This document shows, piece by piece, positions 1 through 8,291 of a DNA stretch of 64,000 bases. Source of the stretch: Trueperaceae bacterium (lineage in GTDB: Bacteria > Deinococcota > Deinococci > Deinococcales > Trueperaceae). Location of the stretch: contig OZ243956.1 in the NCBI GenBank assembly GCA_965214405.1, positions 1,920,001-1,984,000 on the forward strand, given 5' to 3'. The first letter of the stretch is position 1. Each line of letters begins with the position of its first letter. The position numbers and the translations under genes were made by a program. The notes under the pieces were generated by a model. That model was not told the origin of the DNA, ran no database searches, and saw only the letters and a program-made list of their open reading frames with translations.

Positions 1-361
1 CGTACGAGCGCGAGTGCTTCGGGTTCCTGAAGCGGTACGTGTAACCGTGGAGGGGCCTCGGCGCGGCCACCGCCTGGTTGGGTTTCCCTCTGTTGACGAC
101 GTCCATGAGGTGCGTCTCCACCCAGCGGCGCACGACGTCCCGGTGACTGCCGAAACCCTGAAAGCTTTCCGCGTCTTCGACGAGCTCACTGGTGAACCCG
201 TCCACGGACAGGTCGAATTTCCGCTGAAGTCGGCTCGTGAAGCCTTTGTGGTTCAGGCGCATGAGGAACGATGTGAGGACGCGGTCCATCTCTAATTGCT
301 TGAACTCCAGGTAGGTCGTTTTCAGACTTCTGAACTCTTTGTCGGACTTTTTAAGCTTCAC
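1..361 (-). CDS. mad7: MADS defence protein MAD7, 5' part (runs off the window edge)
   Basis: Not in the ORF track. Manual translation from GTG at 361 gives MKLKKSDKEFRSLKTTYLEFKQLEMDRVLTSFLMRLNHKGFTSRLQRKFDLSV...RRWVETHLMDVVNRGKPNQAVAAPRPLHGYTYRFRNPKHSRSY, open to the edge. It starts 3 nt after the mad6 stop; sequence and position match MAD7 as I recall it. Confidence 0.8.
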   Translation of the reverse strand, partial: MKLKKSDKEFRSLKTTYLEFKQLEMDRVLTSFLMRLNHKGFTSRLQRKFDLSVDGFTSELVEDAESFQGFGSHRDVVRRWVETHLMDVVNRGKPNQAVAAPRPLHGYTYRFRNPKHSRSY

Positions 362-364
362 CGT

Positions 365-3300
365 TCACCCCTGCTGTTGTCCTGTCGTGAGCTGCTCCAT
401 GCGTAAGATCCCCCCGGCGAGCCGCTCGATGCGGTAGAAGTCGTAGCCCGCCTCGGTGAGGAGGACCTCCTGGTACGGCGCGGAGGCGAGGACGTTCTTG
501 AACACGGCCAGGCTGAGGTAGTAGCCCTGGGTCTCTTCGATCGTCGGCAGGTACCCCTCGTTCAGACGCCGCAACATCTCGAAAACGTCGAGGTTGATAG
601 GCAGCTCGGCGCTCAGCGCGTGTTCGCCGTGTCTGTCCCGGTAGGTCAGCGTGAGGCCTATCGGCATGTGCTCGACGAAGGGCGCGCGCGCCGCCTCGTT
701 TCTCACCTCGAGCCTGAACCGCTCCGAGGGGAAAACCCGGTAGCTCTGGATGCTCCCGTTCTCGACGTGGCGGACCTTGATCGCGAGCCTGCCCTGCAGA
801 CGATCAGGGTCGGCGAGCCCTTCGCCTCGGTTGACGGCCCTGATCAGGGTGTCGCGCACTTCCGTTAAGGCCCCCTCGCCGACGATCAGCGACAGCATAT
901 CGCTGGCGCTTTTGTAAGGCAACATCTGCCACCAGCCCTCGTCGCGCCGCTCAAAATAGGCGCGCCGCCGCATGAACGCGACGTAGCGCTGGTGCGCCTT
1001 CAACCGCTCCTCGTAGGTCAGATCGCCGGGGCGCGGCAGGTCGGCGTGCTGTTTGCTCAGCATGTCTTGGTCATAGGTGCCGCGCCGCTCGAAGGGTTGC
1101 AGGGCGACCCCTTCGCCCGGCCCCAGGAAGTCGAGCATCCGGTCCAGCCTCGCGTCGTCGGCCCTTGCCACGTCCACGTCCCGCAGCTCGCTGAGCAGCC
1201 GGTCCTCCGAGCCCGCCTCGCCCCCCATCCAGCTGTTGAAGTAGAACCCGTTCATGACCTGCGCCCAGTCGCCGCCAGCGTAGAGCTCGTGGATGGCGTC
1301 GCAGTCTCTGGTGCCGACTATCGTGAAGGCGAGCGCCGAACGCAGATCGCGCAGGGTGACGTGGAGACGTCCCCGCAGGTGGACGAGCGTGTACAGAGTT
1401 TTGAGGCGCTCGGCGACCTTCGGGCCCGAGACGGCGTCTTGCAGCGTCCGGGCGTTATGGAACGCGTAGCACCTGCTCTTCAGGTCGCAGCGCTCGCAGG
1501 GCGACCAGAAGCGTTCGTCCGCGAGGCGCTGCAGCTGACGCTCGAAGATCGAGGGCGCGCCGCTAGCGCCCGCGGCCACGACGCTGCGGAGGTTCAGGTT
1601 GACGACCGCCACGCCGTCCTCGGGCACGCCGGTCGAGAGCCCCCGCCCCACAACCTCCCTGAGGCGGGAGAAGCGCCCCTCGAAGCTCGAGAGGAAGTCC
1701 ACCAGCCGACCCTCGTTGATGGCGATGAGCCGCGTCTCGGCCCCGCTCTCGCCCCACGCCTCGTCGGCGAAGGGCGCGAAGAAGTCCCCTAAGACCTCGT
1801 CGTTGCCGCGCTCGCCCTCGTCCTGGCTGCCGTCGTAGTTGCTGAGGAAGGCCCGTCCCCCGAGATCGAAGGCGCCGCCGTTGGGCCGCCGCGCCACGTC
1901 GGCACCGAGCTTCCCCGCGCTCGCCTCGAGCTTCTGCAAGAACGCCGTCTTGCCGTCCCCCGCGTTGCCGGTGATGACGACGAGCCGGTAGTCCCCCTCC
2001 AGCACGGCCGGGAGCAGCTCGTCGTCCAGCGCCGTAGGGACGTAGGTGAGGTCGCCGATGGCGTCGAGCCCGCGCGTGCCGCTGTTGCTGTACCGGCTCT
2101 GGCTGTAGAGCGTCAGCAGGTGGCTGACGAAGGGGTTGGTGTTCGGCCTGATCGGCTCGTCGCCCGTCAGGCGAGCCAGAGACCAGGTCGACGTGCCGGT
2201 CTCCGGCTCGCGCACGACCCGCCTCGCCCGCTTCACGTTTTGTAAGGCTTCGAGAAAGGCTTCGGCCGAGTCGAAGCGCTCCCCGCGTTTCGGCGAGAGC
2301 GCCTTGAGCAAGACGTCAGCGAATTCCGGCGAGACGTCCTGGGACGCTGACAGCCGACGCGGGTCGGTCGCGGGTCGGCCCGGGGGCGGCAGCTTCGCAT
2401 CCCACGGGTAGCGCCCCGTCAACACCTGGTACACCGTGAGGGCGAGCGCGTAGACGTCCCGGTCGGCCAGCTCGGCCTCGGTCGGCGCGACGTTCACGTC
2501 CAGGTCGGGCGGCAGGTAGGCCCGCGTGCCGCCCCCGTTGCGCACGCCCTCCGCCGCCATGACCGAGACGTTGAAGTCGAGGAGCCGCGCCCCTTCGTCC
2601 GTCCAGAGCAGGTTGCGGGGCTTGACGTCGCAGTGGTAGACGCCGTGCCGGTGCAGGTGTACGAGCCCCTCCGCGGACTGGCGCCCCAGCTCGAGCGCCT
2701 CGCCCGCGGTGAGCACTTTGGCGTCGATCAGCTCGCCCACGTCCAGCCCGTCGACGTACTCGAACACGACAAAGGGCACCTCGCCCTGCGGCAAGAAATC
2801 CGCGTCCAGCACCTTGACGACGCGCGGGTGGTCCGGCAGCCCGAGCAGCGTCTTGTACTCCTTCTTGAGCCGCGCCGTGGTCGAGTGGCGGTCCCGGGTG
2901 ATGAGCTTGACGACCTTGCTCCGGTCCGCCAGGGTGTCGATCACCTTATAAACGACGCCGAACGACCCCGGCTTGCCCAGCCGCTCCTCGACCACGTACC
3001 TCCTCGTCAGCTCGTGTTGGGGAGGGAGGTCCGTGTAGTCGAGGTCGGCGTGGCCGGTTTCAGGTTCAGAGGGCGCAGGGTTTGCCTCGGCCAGCGGCGT
3101 CAGGACCGCCTCCAGAGCTGCCGAGGCCTCCTTGGCTGAGGGACGCTCGTCGGGTCTGAACGCGCACAGCCCCTGAAGCCACGCGTCCAGACCCTCCGGC
3201 AGCAGCCCGTCGTGCTCTGAAGGCTTGAGGGCGAACATGGCGGTGTGGTCGAAAAGCTCCGCCGCGTCCCTGAAGGGGCGCTCGCCCGTGAACATCTCGT

Positions 3301-4477
3301 AGAAGATGAGCCCCGCCGAGAAGACGTCCGAGGCGCTCCCGAGCCGCGCCGGGTCGTCCCACCACTCGGGCGCCAGGTACGCCTCGTCCGCCGCGCGCGT
3401 CAGCTCGCCCAGCACCGTCGAGGTGCGCGGCGCGCCCGCCCTGGCGAAGTCGAAGTTCGTGAGGCGGGCGCGCCCGTCCAGCCGCACCAGGATGTTCGCG
3501 GGCGTCAGGTTGCGGTGGGCCACCCCGTGGAGGTGCGCGTGCGCGAGTCCGCCCAGCACGTCTTTGGCTATCTGCAGCTTCTGGTCGAGCGTCAGCGCGC
3601 GGCTCGCCTTCTCGAGCCGCGCCCGGAGCGGCTCGCCCCGGACGTCCTCCGTCACCAGCACGAGCTCGTCCTCCGCCTCCGTCGGGAAGAAGGTCTTCAC
3701 GCCCGGGACGGCCGGGTGGCTCGGCAGGCCCTCCAGCGCCTTGTACGCGTTCGCGATGCGCGACCACGCCGCCTTTCGCTCCGCGTCGGGCAGGTACGGG
3801 TCCACCCGGTACGCCCGCAGCCGCACCGGCCCGCCCCCGGCGAAGGCGTTGTGGGCGCGGTACTCGGTGTAGTCCTCCGTGCCGCCCAGCCTCTCGTCGA
3901 CGACCCAGTCGCCGTACCGCTTAGGCCCCTCCTTCGCCCGCGCCACGCCCGTGATAGCCTTCCGCACCGCGGCGTAGAGCGGCTGCGCCCGCGTGTCGCG
4001 CCCCGAGAGCCGCGACACGTCCTGAAAAAACCGGACGCACCCGTCCAGCGTCACCACGTCCGGCGCGTCCCGCCCCGCCGGGTCCGAGAGGCCCGCGTCC
4101 GGGGCGCTCAGCAGCACCACCGCGTCTACATAGAGCTTGCCCAGGTCGCGGCGCGAGCGGTCGCTCTCGACGATGAGCCCCTTGAGCGCCCTGGCGTGCG
4201 AGCGCAGCTTCAGGAGCGGCGAAGCGAACGGCTGCCGCCCCGCCGGGTGCCACTCCTGCCCGTACACGTCGATGTGCCCCCGCGTGCCCTTCACGTCCAC
4301 CAGGTACACCGCGTGCGGCGCGAGCAGCGCGATGTCCACCTCGAACACCTCGTTGCGTATGTGCAGCTCGAAGTTGTGTAGAAGCTCAAAGGAGTCCGGC
4401 AGGCCGTCTCGCAAGACCCTGATCGCCTCGCGCTCGGCGTCGTTGACGGGCTGACCGATGGGGATGACTTTAGCCAT
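365..4477 (-). CDS. mad6: MADS protein kinase MAD6: NERD nuclease-like domain, two Ser/Thr kinase domains and a P-loop ATPase
   Basis: 1370 aa. N-terminal NERD-like EVDIALL...DVKG; kinase 1 HRNLTPANIL/NFDFA; kinase 2 GKPGSFGVVYK, HCDVKPRN, LDFN; Walker A GNAGDGKT; CERCDLKSRC. Lies directly after an MTase and an S subunit. Confidence 0.88.
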   Translation of the reverse strand: MAKVIPIGQPVNDAEREAIRVLRDGLPDSFELLHNFELHIRNEVFEVDIALLAPHAVYLVDVKGTRGHIDVYGQEWHPAGRQPFASPLLKLRSHARALKGLIVESDRSRRDLGKLYVDAVVLLSAPDAGLSDPAGRDAPDVVTLDGCVRFFQDVSRLSGRDTRAQPLYAAVRKAITGVARAKEGPKRYGDWVVDERLGGTEDYTEYRAHNAFAGGGPVRLRAYRVDPYLPDAERKAAWSRIANAYKALEGLPSHPAVPGVKTFFPTEAEDELVLVTEDVRGEPLRARLEKASRALTLDQKLQIAKDVLGGLAHAHLHGVAHRNLTPANILVRLDGRARLTNFDFARAGAPRTSTVLGELTRAADEAYLAPEWWDDPARLGSASDVFSAGLIFYEMFTGERPFRDAAELFDHTAMFALKPSEHDGLLPEGLDAWLQGLCAFRPDERPSAKEASAALEAVLTPLAEANPAPSEPETGHADLDYTDLPPQHELTRRYVVEERLGKPGSFGVVYKVIDTLADRSKVVKLITRDRHSTTARLKKEYKTLLGLPDHPRVVKVLDADFLPQGEVPFVVFEYVDGLDVGELIDAKVLTAGEALELGRQSAEGLVHLHRHGVYHCDVKPRNLLWTDEGARLLDFNVSVMAAEGVRNGGGTRAYLPPDLDVNVAPTEAELADRDVYALALTVYQVLTGRYPWDAKLPPPGRPATDPRRLSASQDVSPEFADVLLKALSPKRGERFDSAEAFLEALQNVKRARRVVREPETGTSTWSLARLTGDEPIRPNTNPFVSHLLTLYSQSRYSNSGTRGLDAIGDLTYVPTALDDELLPAVLEGDYRLVVITGNAGDGKTAFLQKLEASAGKLGADVARRPNGGAFDLGGRAFLSNYDGSQDEGERGNDEVLGDFFAPFADEAWGESGAETRLIAINEGRLVDFLSSFEGRFSRLREVVGRGLSTGVPEDGVAVVNLNLRSVVAAGASGAPSIFERQLQRLADERFWSPCERCDLKSRCYAFHNARTLQDAVSGPKVAERLKTLYTLVHLRGRLHVTLRDLRSALAFTIVGTRDCDAIHELYAGGDWAQVMNGFYFNSWMGGEAGSEDRLLSELRDVDVARADDARLDRMLDFLGPGEGVALQPFERRGTYDQDMLSKQHADLPRPGDLTYEERLKAHQRYVAFMRRRAYFERRDEGWWQMLPYKSASDMLSLIVGEGALTEVRDTLIRAVNRGEGLADPDRLQGRLAIKVRHVENGSIQSYRVFPSERFRLEVRNEAARAPFVEHMPIGLTLTYRDRHGEHALSAELPINLDVFEMLRRLNEGYLPTIEETQGYYLSLAVFKNVLASAPYQEVLLTEAGYDFYRIERLAGGILRMEQLTTGQQQG

Positions 4478-5877
4478 TAAGCCGCCCTCTGTTCGATTTC
4501 CGCCTCAACCGTTTTGATAGCCGCATTTTCATCAAGTAACGCTTCTGCAATCTGCTTGTGTGCTTCAATAATAGGCTTAGCAATCTCTTTACGAGTTTCC
4601 TCATCGGGCCACGGAACAAGAATATCCGAAACATGCGGGTCCCAAACTCTCGGGATGCTGTTGCCTGATGCTTGCCGCTTGACAAGAGCTTCGCCATACT
4701 CGGTTCTAAAGAACGTGTACAGATAAGCTCCATCCTCTTCATTCTCTGGCACAACGCGATAAACATCATCAGCACAAAAAATACCTTCAAGCCAGCCAGA
4801 TACGAACAGTGGTTGACCGAAAAGACCATAAATCTGACCAGCCGCTTGAAAAACAACCCAGCCGCGCTTCAAAATAAACTGATCGAAATTTGGCGTTTTG
4901 AAGCTCACAAACCTTGGATTCTCAGCCTGAAAACGGTACGCATCACTTCCGCTAATAAATTGTTTGCCATACTTGGGATTATCAACCCACAAACGCTTAA
5001 AGATCGGTGGCTTGAAAAGACGTTTGGCAACTTCTTTGAGCTTAAACGAAGGGTGCGGACCCTCTTGAATGGCCGCCTCAGCATCGAGAGCGGTTTGAGA
5101 ATGATACGCAGCATCAAGACGCATGTTGAGATTCGCAGATTGTACAACTGATGTACCAAAAGAGCTGACACCATTCATACTTAGTGGCTTAAGTTTGAGC
5201 CTCTCTTTTAACATCTTTTCAGCTCCCGCTATAAGCTTTGCGGCGTTGAAACGCGCTTCTGCTGCACCTTGAACTAGCTCATGGACTCGGCGCTCGAGCC
5301 CCTCCCCCAGCCTCGGCACCGGCAAGTCCGCGATGTGCTCCGGCTCGATGTGCTGGATGATCGCGCCGTACGTGCCCGAGGTGATGATGGAGACGCCGTA
5401 CCTGCTGCTGAGGTAGGCGTAGAGATAGCCGGGGGGTATTTTACCTTTCTTGGGCACGACTCTCAAAACATGCTCAGAACAAGCTAGACCGTCCATGTCG
5501 GCACGGACGTAAGCAGTTCTCCCGATTGTTCCCGAGCGTGTAATGAGCGTCCAGCCTTCACGAACGCGAAAGCGAGGGTTTCGAGAGACTTGCTTTTTCG
5601 ATATGAGAGGGAGTCGGGATAAATCCGCAGCAAGAATATCTGTGCTACCCATAAACGGCATACCGTATTCGGGGTCGTCAACCCAAGTCCGACTCTCGCG
5701 CCCGGCGTGGTAGATGCTCTCTGTAACTTCTTCTAAAGCGTCTTTACGTGCAGACAGCTCCTCTAGCGCAACTTTTGCCTCAACCGCGCCCGACAAGAAC
5801 GGGTTCGCGTCCAATCTGTTCCCTTGCTTGTGCAGCCACTCAGACGTGACGGGGTTCTCGAAGTCAACAAGCTTCAT
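4477..5877 (-). CDS. mad5: Type I-like specificity (S) subunit, MAD5
   Basis: 466 aa with two TRD-like halves (RLDA motifs, LITRSGTIG, YLYAYLSS...YGAIIQHIEPEHIADLPVPR; second half ending IPRV...ILVPWP). Stop overlaps the mad6 start. Confidence 0.85.
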   Translation of the reverse strand: MKLVDFENPVTSEWLHKQGNRLDANPFLSGAVEAKVALEELSARKDALEEVTESIYHAGRESRTWVDDPEYGMPFMGSTDILAADLSRLPLISKKQVSRNPRFRVREGWTLITRSGTIGRTAYVRADMDGLACSEHVLRVVPKKGKIPPGYLYAYLSSRYGVSIITSGTYGAIIQHIEPEHIADLPVPRLGEGLERRVHELVQGAAEARFNAAKLIAGAEKMLKERLKLKPLSMNGVSSFGTSVVQSANLNMRLDAAYHSQTALDAEAAIQEGPHPSFKLKEVAKRLFKPPIFKRLWVDNPKYGKQFISGSDAYRFQAENPRFVSFKTPNFDQFILKRGWVVFQAAGQIYGLFGQPLFVSGWLEGIFCADDVYRVVPENEEDGAYLYTFFRTEYGEALVKRQASGNSIPRVWDPHVSDILVPWPDEETRKEIAKPIIEAHKQIAEALLDENAAIKTVEAEIEQRAA

Positions 5878-5911
5878 GCGGACGCGAACCCTGTATAAGT
5901 GTTAAGCGCGT

Positions 5912-7942
5912 TCAAGTCCCTGGCTCCTCGTAGCGCTCCCTGAACTCGCCGTATTTGGCGGCGATGACGGGGAGGTCGTCGTCTACTATCTTCTGCCTGC
6001 GCTGCAGGGTGCGCCTGACCACCTCCCCGCCGATGCGTATGCGCTCCTCTTCGGTCACCTCTTCCAGGAGCTCCTCGCCGTCGGGGCTGCGTTTGTAGAG
6101 CGTGTTGCCGCGCCGGTCGAAGCCGACCTTCTCGGCGACCGCCATGAACACGGGGTACGCCTTGGCGCCGCTCACGGCCTCCGCGCGGAGTTCCGCCTCG
6201 GTCTTTTTCTTCAAAACCAAAATGCTGGTGAGGATGTTGACGTTCGCCTCGACGATGAAGACCTCGACGGGCAGGTCGACGCTGGCGAGCACCCAGGCGC
6301 GGCGCAGGACCCACCAGCGGATGTACTCGTCGCCGGGGTTGCCGAGGATGCCGTCGGGCAGGACGATAGCCATGCGGCCGCCGGGCTTGAGCCACGCCAG
6401 GCAGCGCTCGATGAAGAGCACCTCCGGCGCGACGCTCCCCTGGACGTTGCCCGTGTTGCGGAAGCCGCCGTCGGCGCGCTCCCAGACGTGGGCGAGCTCG
6501 TACCGGCTCAGGATGGTGGGGTCGGAGACGGGGATGTCCGAGCCGAAGGGCGGGTTGGTCGCCAGGACGTCCACGGTGCCCAGGTCGGCCTTCTGCCGCG
6601 CCTCGGCGAGCCCGCTCATGTGCCCGGCGGGGTACTCCAGGGAGTTCAGGTGGAAGAGGTTGGTGGTCGCGCCGCTCGCCATCACGACGTTCATCTGCGC
6701 GGCGCGGACGAGGAACGGGTCGAAGTCAGCGCCGAAGAGGTTCGCCCGGGCGTACTCGCCCAGACGCCCCTGGATGGAGAGGACGTCGTCGGTGCTCTCG
6801 AGGCCCGACTTCAGGCCCTTCTCTTGGCGAAACCCGTCGGCGAGGTGCGCTATGGCCTGGACGAGAAACCCGCCCGTGCCGCAGGCGGGGTCCAGGAAGC
6901 GCTCGCCGGGTTTGGGGTCGAGCATGTCAATGGCGAGCTTGATGGCCCCGCGCGGCGTGAAGTATTGGCCCCTGTCCCCCCGGAGGTTGGTGCCCACGAT
7001 CTCCTGATAGGCGGCCCCCTTCGCGTCCACGTCCGTGCGGGCGAAGTCGTACTTGGCGAGCTCCGAGACCATAAAGGCGAGCGCCCGGTCGGACAGGCTG
7101 ATCTCCTCGCTGCCCCTGAAGATGCTCGTGTACTCGGACTTCACCTCGTCGAAGAGCGGGATGACGCGCTTCCTGATCGCCTCGCGGCCCTCCTCGTCGA
7201 ACTGCTCGGTGGGGTGGGCGTAAAAGCGGCGCTGGTCGCGCGACCGGGTGTCCTCCTCGTCGTGGAGCTTGGCGAAGATGAGGTAGAGGAACTGCCAGAA
7301 GGCGGCGTCTTTGGGCATACCCTCGTTGCCGTGAATAAAATTGTGACAGCGCCGGAAGGCGACGCGGAGCATTTCCGCGTCGGCGCGGCGGGCGCGGGCG
7401 GCGGAGACCACGTCGCGGGTGCCGATCGTCTCGTCCGCCAAGGGCCAGTCGCCGATGGGCTCGAAACGCGTGTCGAAGCGGGTCTGGCGCTTTTTGAGGA
7501 AGAACAGGTCGAGGCCGTTGGTCCACAAGCCGTAAGTGCAACCCTCGGCAGCCGCCATGATGTCTCGGAGTTCGTCTAAGTCTTTGGTGGCCTGCTCGTG
7601 ATCGCGCAGCTTGAAGGTGCCTCTTTTGCCGACCTTCGGCTCAGGTTTGCAGACGACAACACGCCTGAGGTGCTCCGGCTCGTGAGGCTGTTTATGTTCG
7701 AAGACGGCGACGTCCACCTTCTTGTTGCGCCCGTCCACCTTCATGCGGAAGTCCGGCTCCATGTCGTCTACGTCTACGCCGTACTCATGAAAGAGCGCCC
7801 TCGCGATGTGCTGGCGCACCCTCTCTTTCGGTGTCTCCTTCACGGCCTCGCGCGAAATATAGTCGATGATCATCCCGTCGCCGATGGCGGACTCGGCGCT
7901 CGGTCCGTTTTTTGGTTCTTGCACTGTGTCTTCTATAAGCAT
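5912..7942 (-). CDS. mad2: N6-adenine DNA methyltransferase with N-terminal HsdR_N-like domain, MAD2
   Basis: Motifs GQYFTPR, LDPACGTGGFL, NPPFG and LPDGILGNP; N-terminal ETPKERVRQ domain. Start placed at ATG 7942, preceded by GAGGAAG, rather than 8107. Confidence 0.88.
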   Translation of the reverse strand: MLIEDTVQEPKNGPSAESAIGDGMIIDYISREAVKETPKERVRQHIARALFHEYGVDVDDMEPDFRMKVDGRNKKVDVAVFEHKQPHEPEHLRRVVVCKPEPKVGKRGTFKLRDHEQATKDLDELRDIMAAAEGCTYGLWTNGLDLFFLKKRQTRFDTRFEPIGDWPLADETIGTRDVVSAARARRADAEMLRVAFRRCHNFIHGNEGMPKDAAFWQFLYLIFAKLHDEEDTRSRDQRRFYAHPTEQFDEEGREAIRKRVIPLFDEVKSEYTSIFRGSEEISLSDRALAFMVSELAKYDFARTDVDAKGAAYQEIVGTNLRGDRGQYFTPRGAIKLAIDMLDPKPGERFLDPACGTGGFLVQAIAHLADGFRQEKGLKSGLESTDDVLSIQGRLGEYARANLFGADFDPFLVRAAQMNVVMASGATTNLFHLNSLEYPAGHMSGLAEARQKADLGTVDVLATNPPFGSDIPVSDPTILSRYELAHVWERADGGFRNTGNVQGSVAPEVLFIERCLAWLKPGGRMAIVLPDGILGNPGDEYIRWWVLRRAWVLASVDLPVEVFIVEANVNILTSILVLKKKTEAELRAEAVSGAKAYPVFMAVAEKVGFDRRGNTLYKRSPDGEELLEEVTEEERIRIGGEVVRRTLQRRQKIVDDDLPVIAAKYGEFRERYEEPGT

Positions 7943-8291
7943 CAAATCTTCCTCGCGGGAATTCCGCAGTCTACGTTTTTTATTAACCCTTGGCGGGCAG
8001 CGTGACAATGATACCCTGTCGCCGGAGCCGGGGACCCCATTTTTTTCATCACGTCTTGCGTTCGTACATCCACGCGTCCTAGCAGTTACGGGCAACGCCG
8101 GGAGCAACGCGCCGGTTGATCATGAGGTGCAGAGGCTGATGCCAGATAGAGGATGGAGGACGCGTCGTGCTGTCCTGATCAGGGCAAGGACTGTGGACCG
8201 AGGCTGCCTCCTTCGGACAACTCTTTGCCTCACCCGCGGGCGCGCTTACGCTCCCCGGTCCGCCGACCGTAGCCGCATGACGTATAGTAGA

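Noticed and set aside
225..255. Possible frameshift in mad7
   Set aside because: Careful re-reading (CAC AAA GGC TTC ACG AGC) shows a continuous frame.
365..4477. BREX PglW or stand-alone type I R-M assignment
   Set aside because: The C-terminal P-loop ATPase, the downstream MAD7-like gene and the absence of pglX/pglZ or an HsdR helicase in the window fit MADS better.
7943..8107. N-terminal extension of the MTase (731-aa ORF), or a mad1 gene in this gap
   Set aside because: The extension looks non-coding, an SD precedes ATG 7942, and no HTH-like ORF was found.
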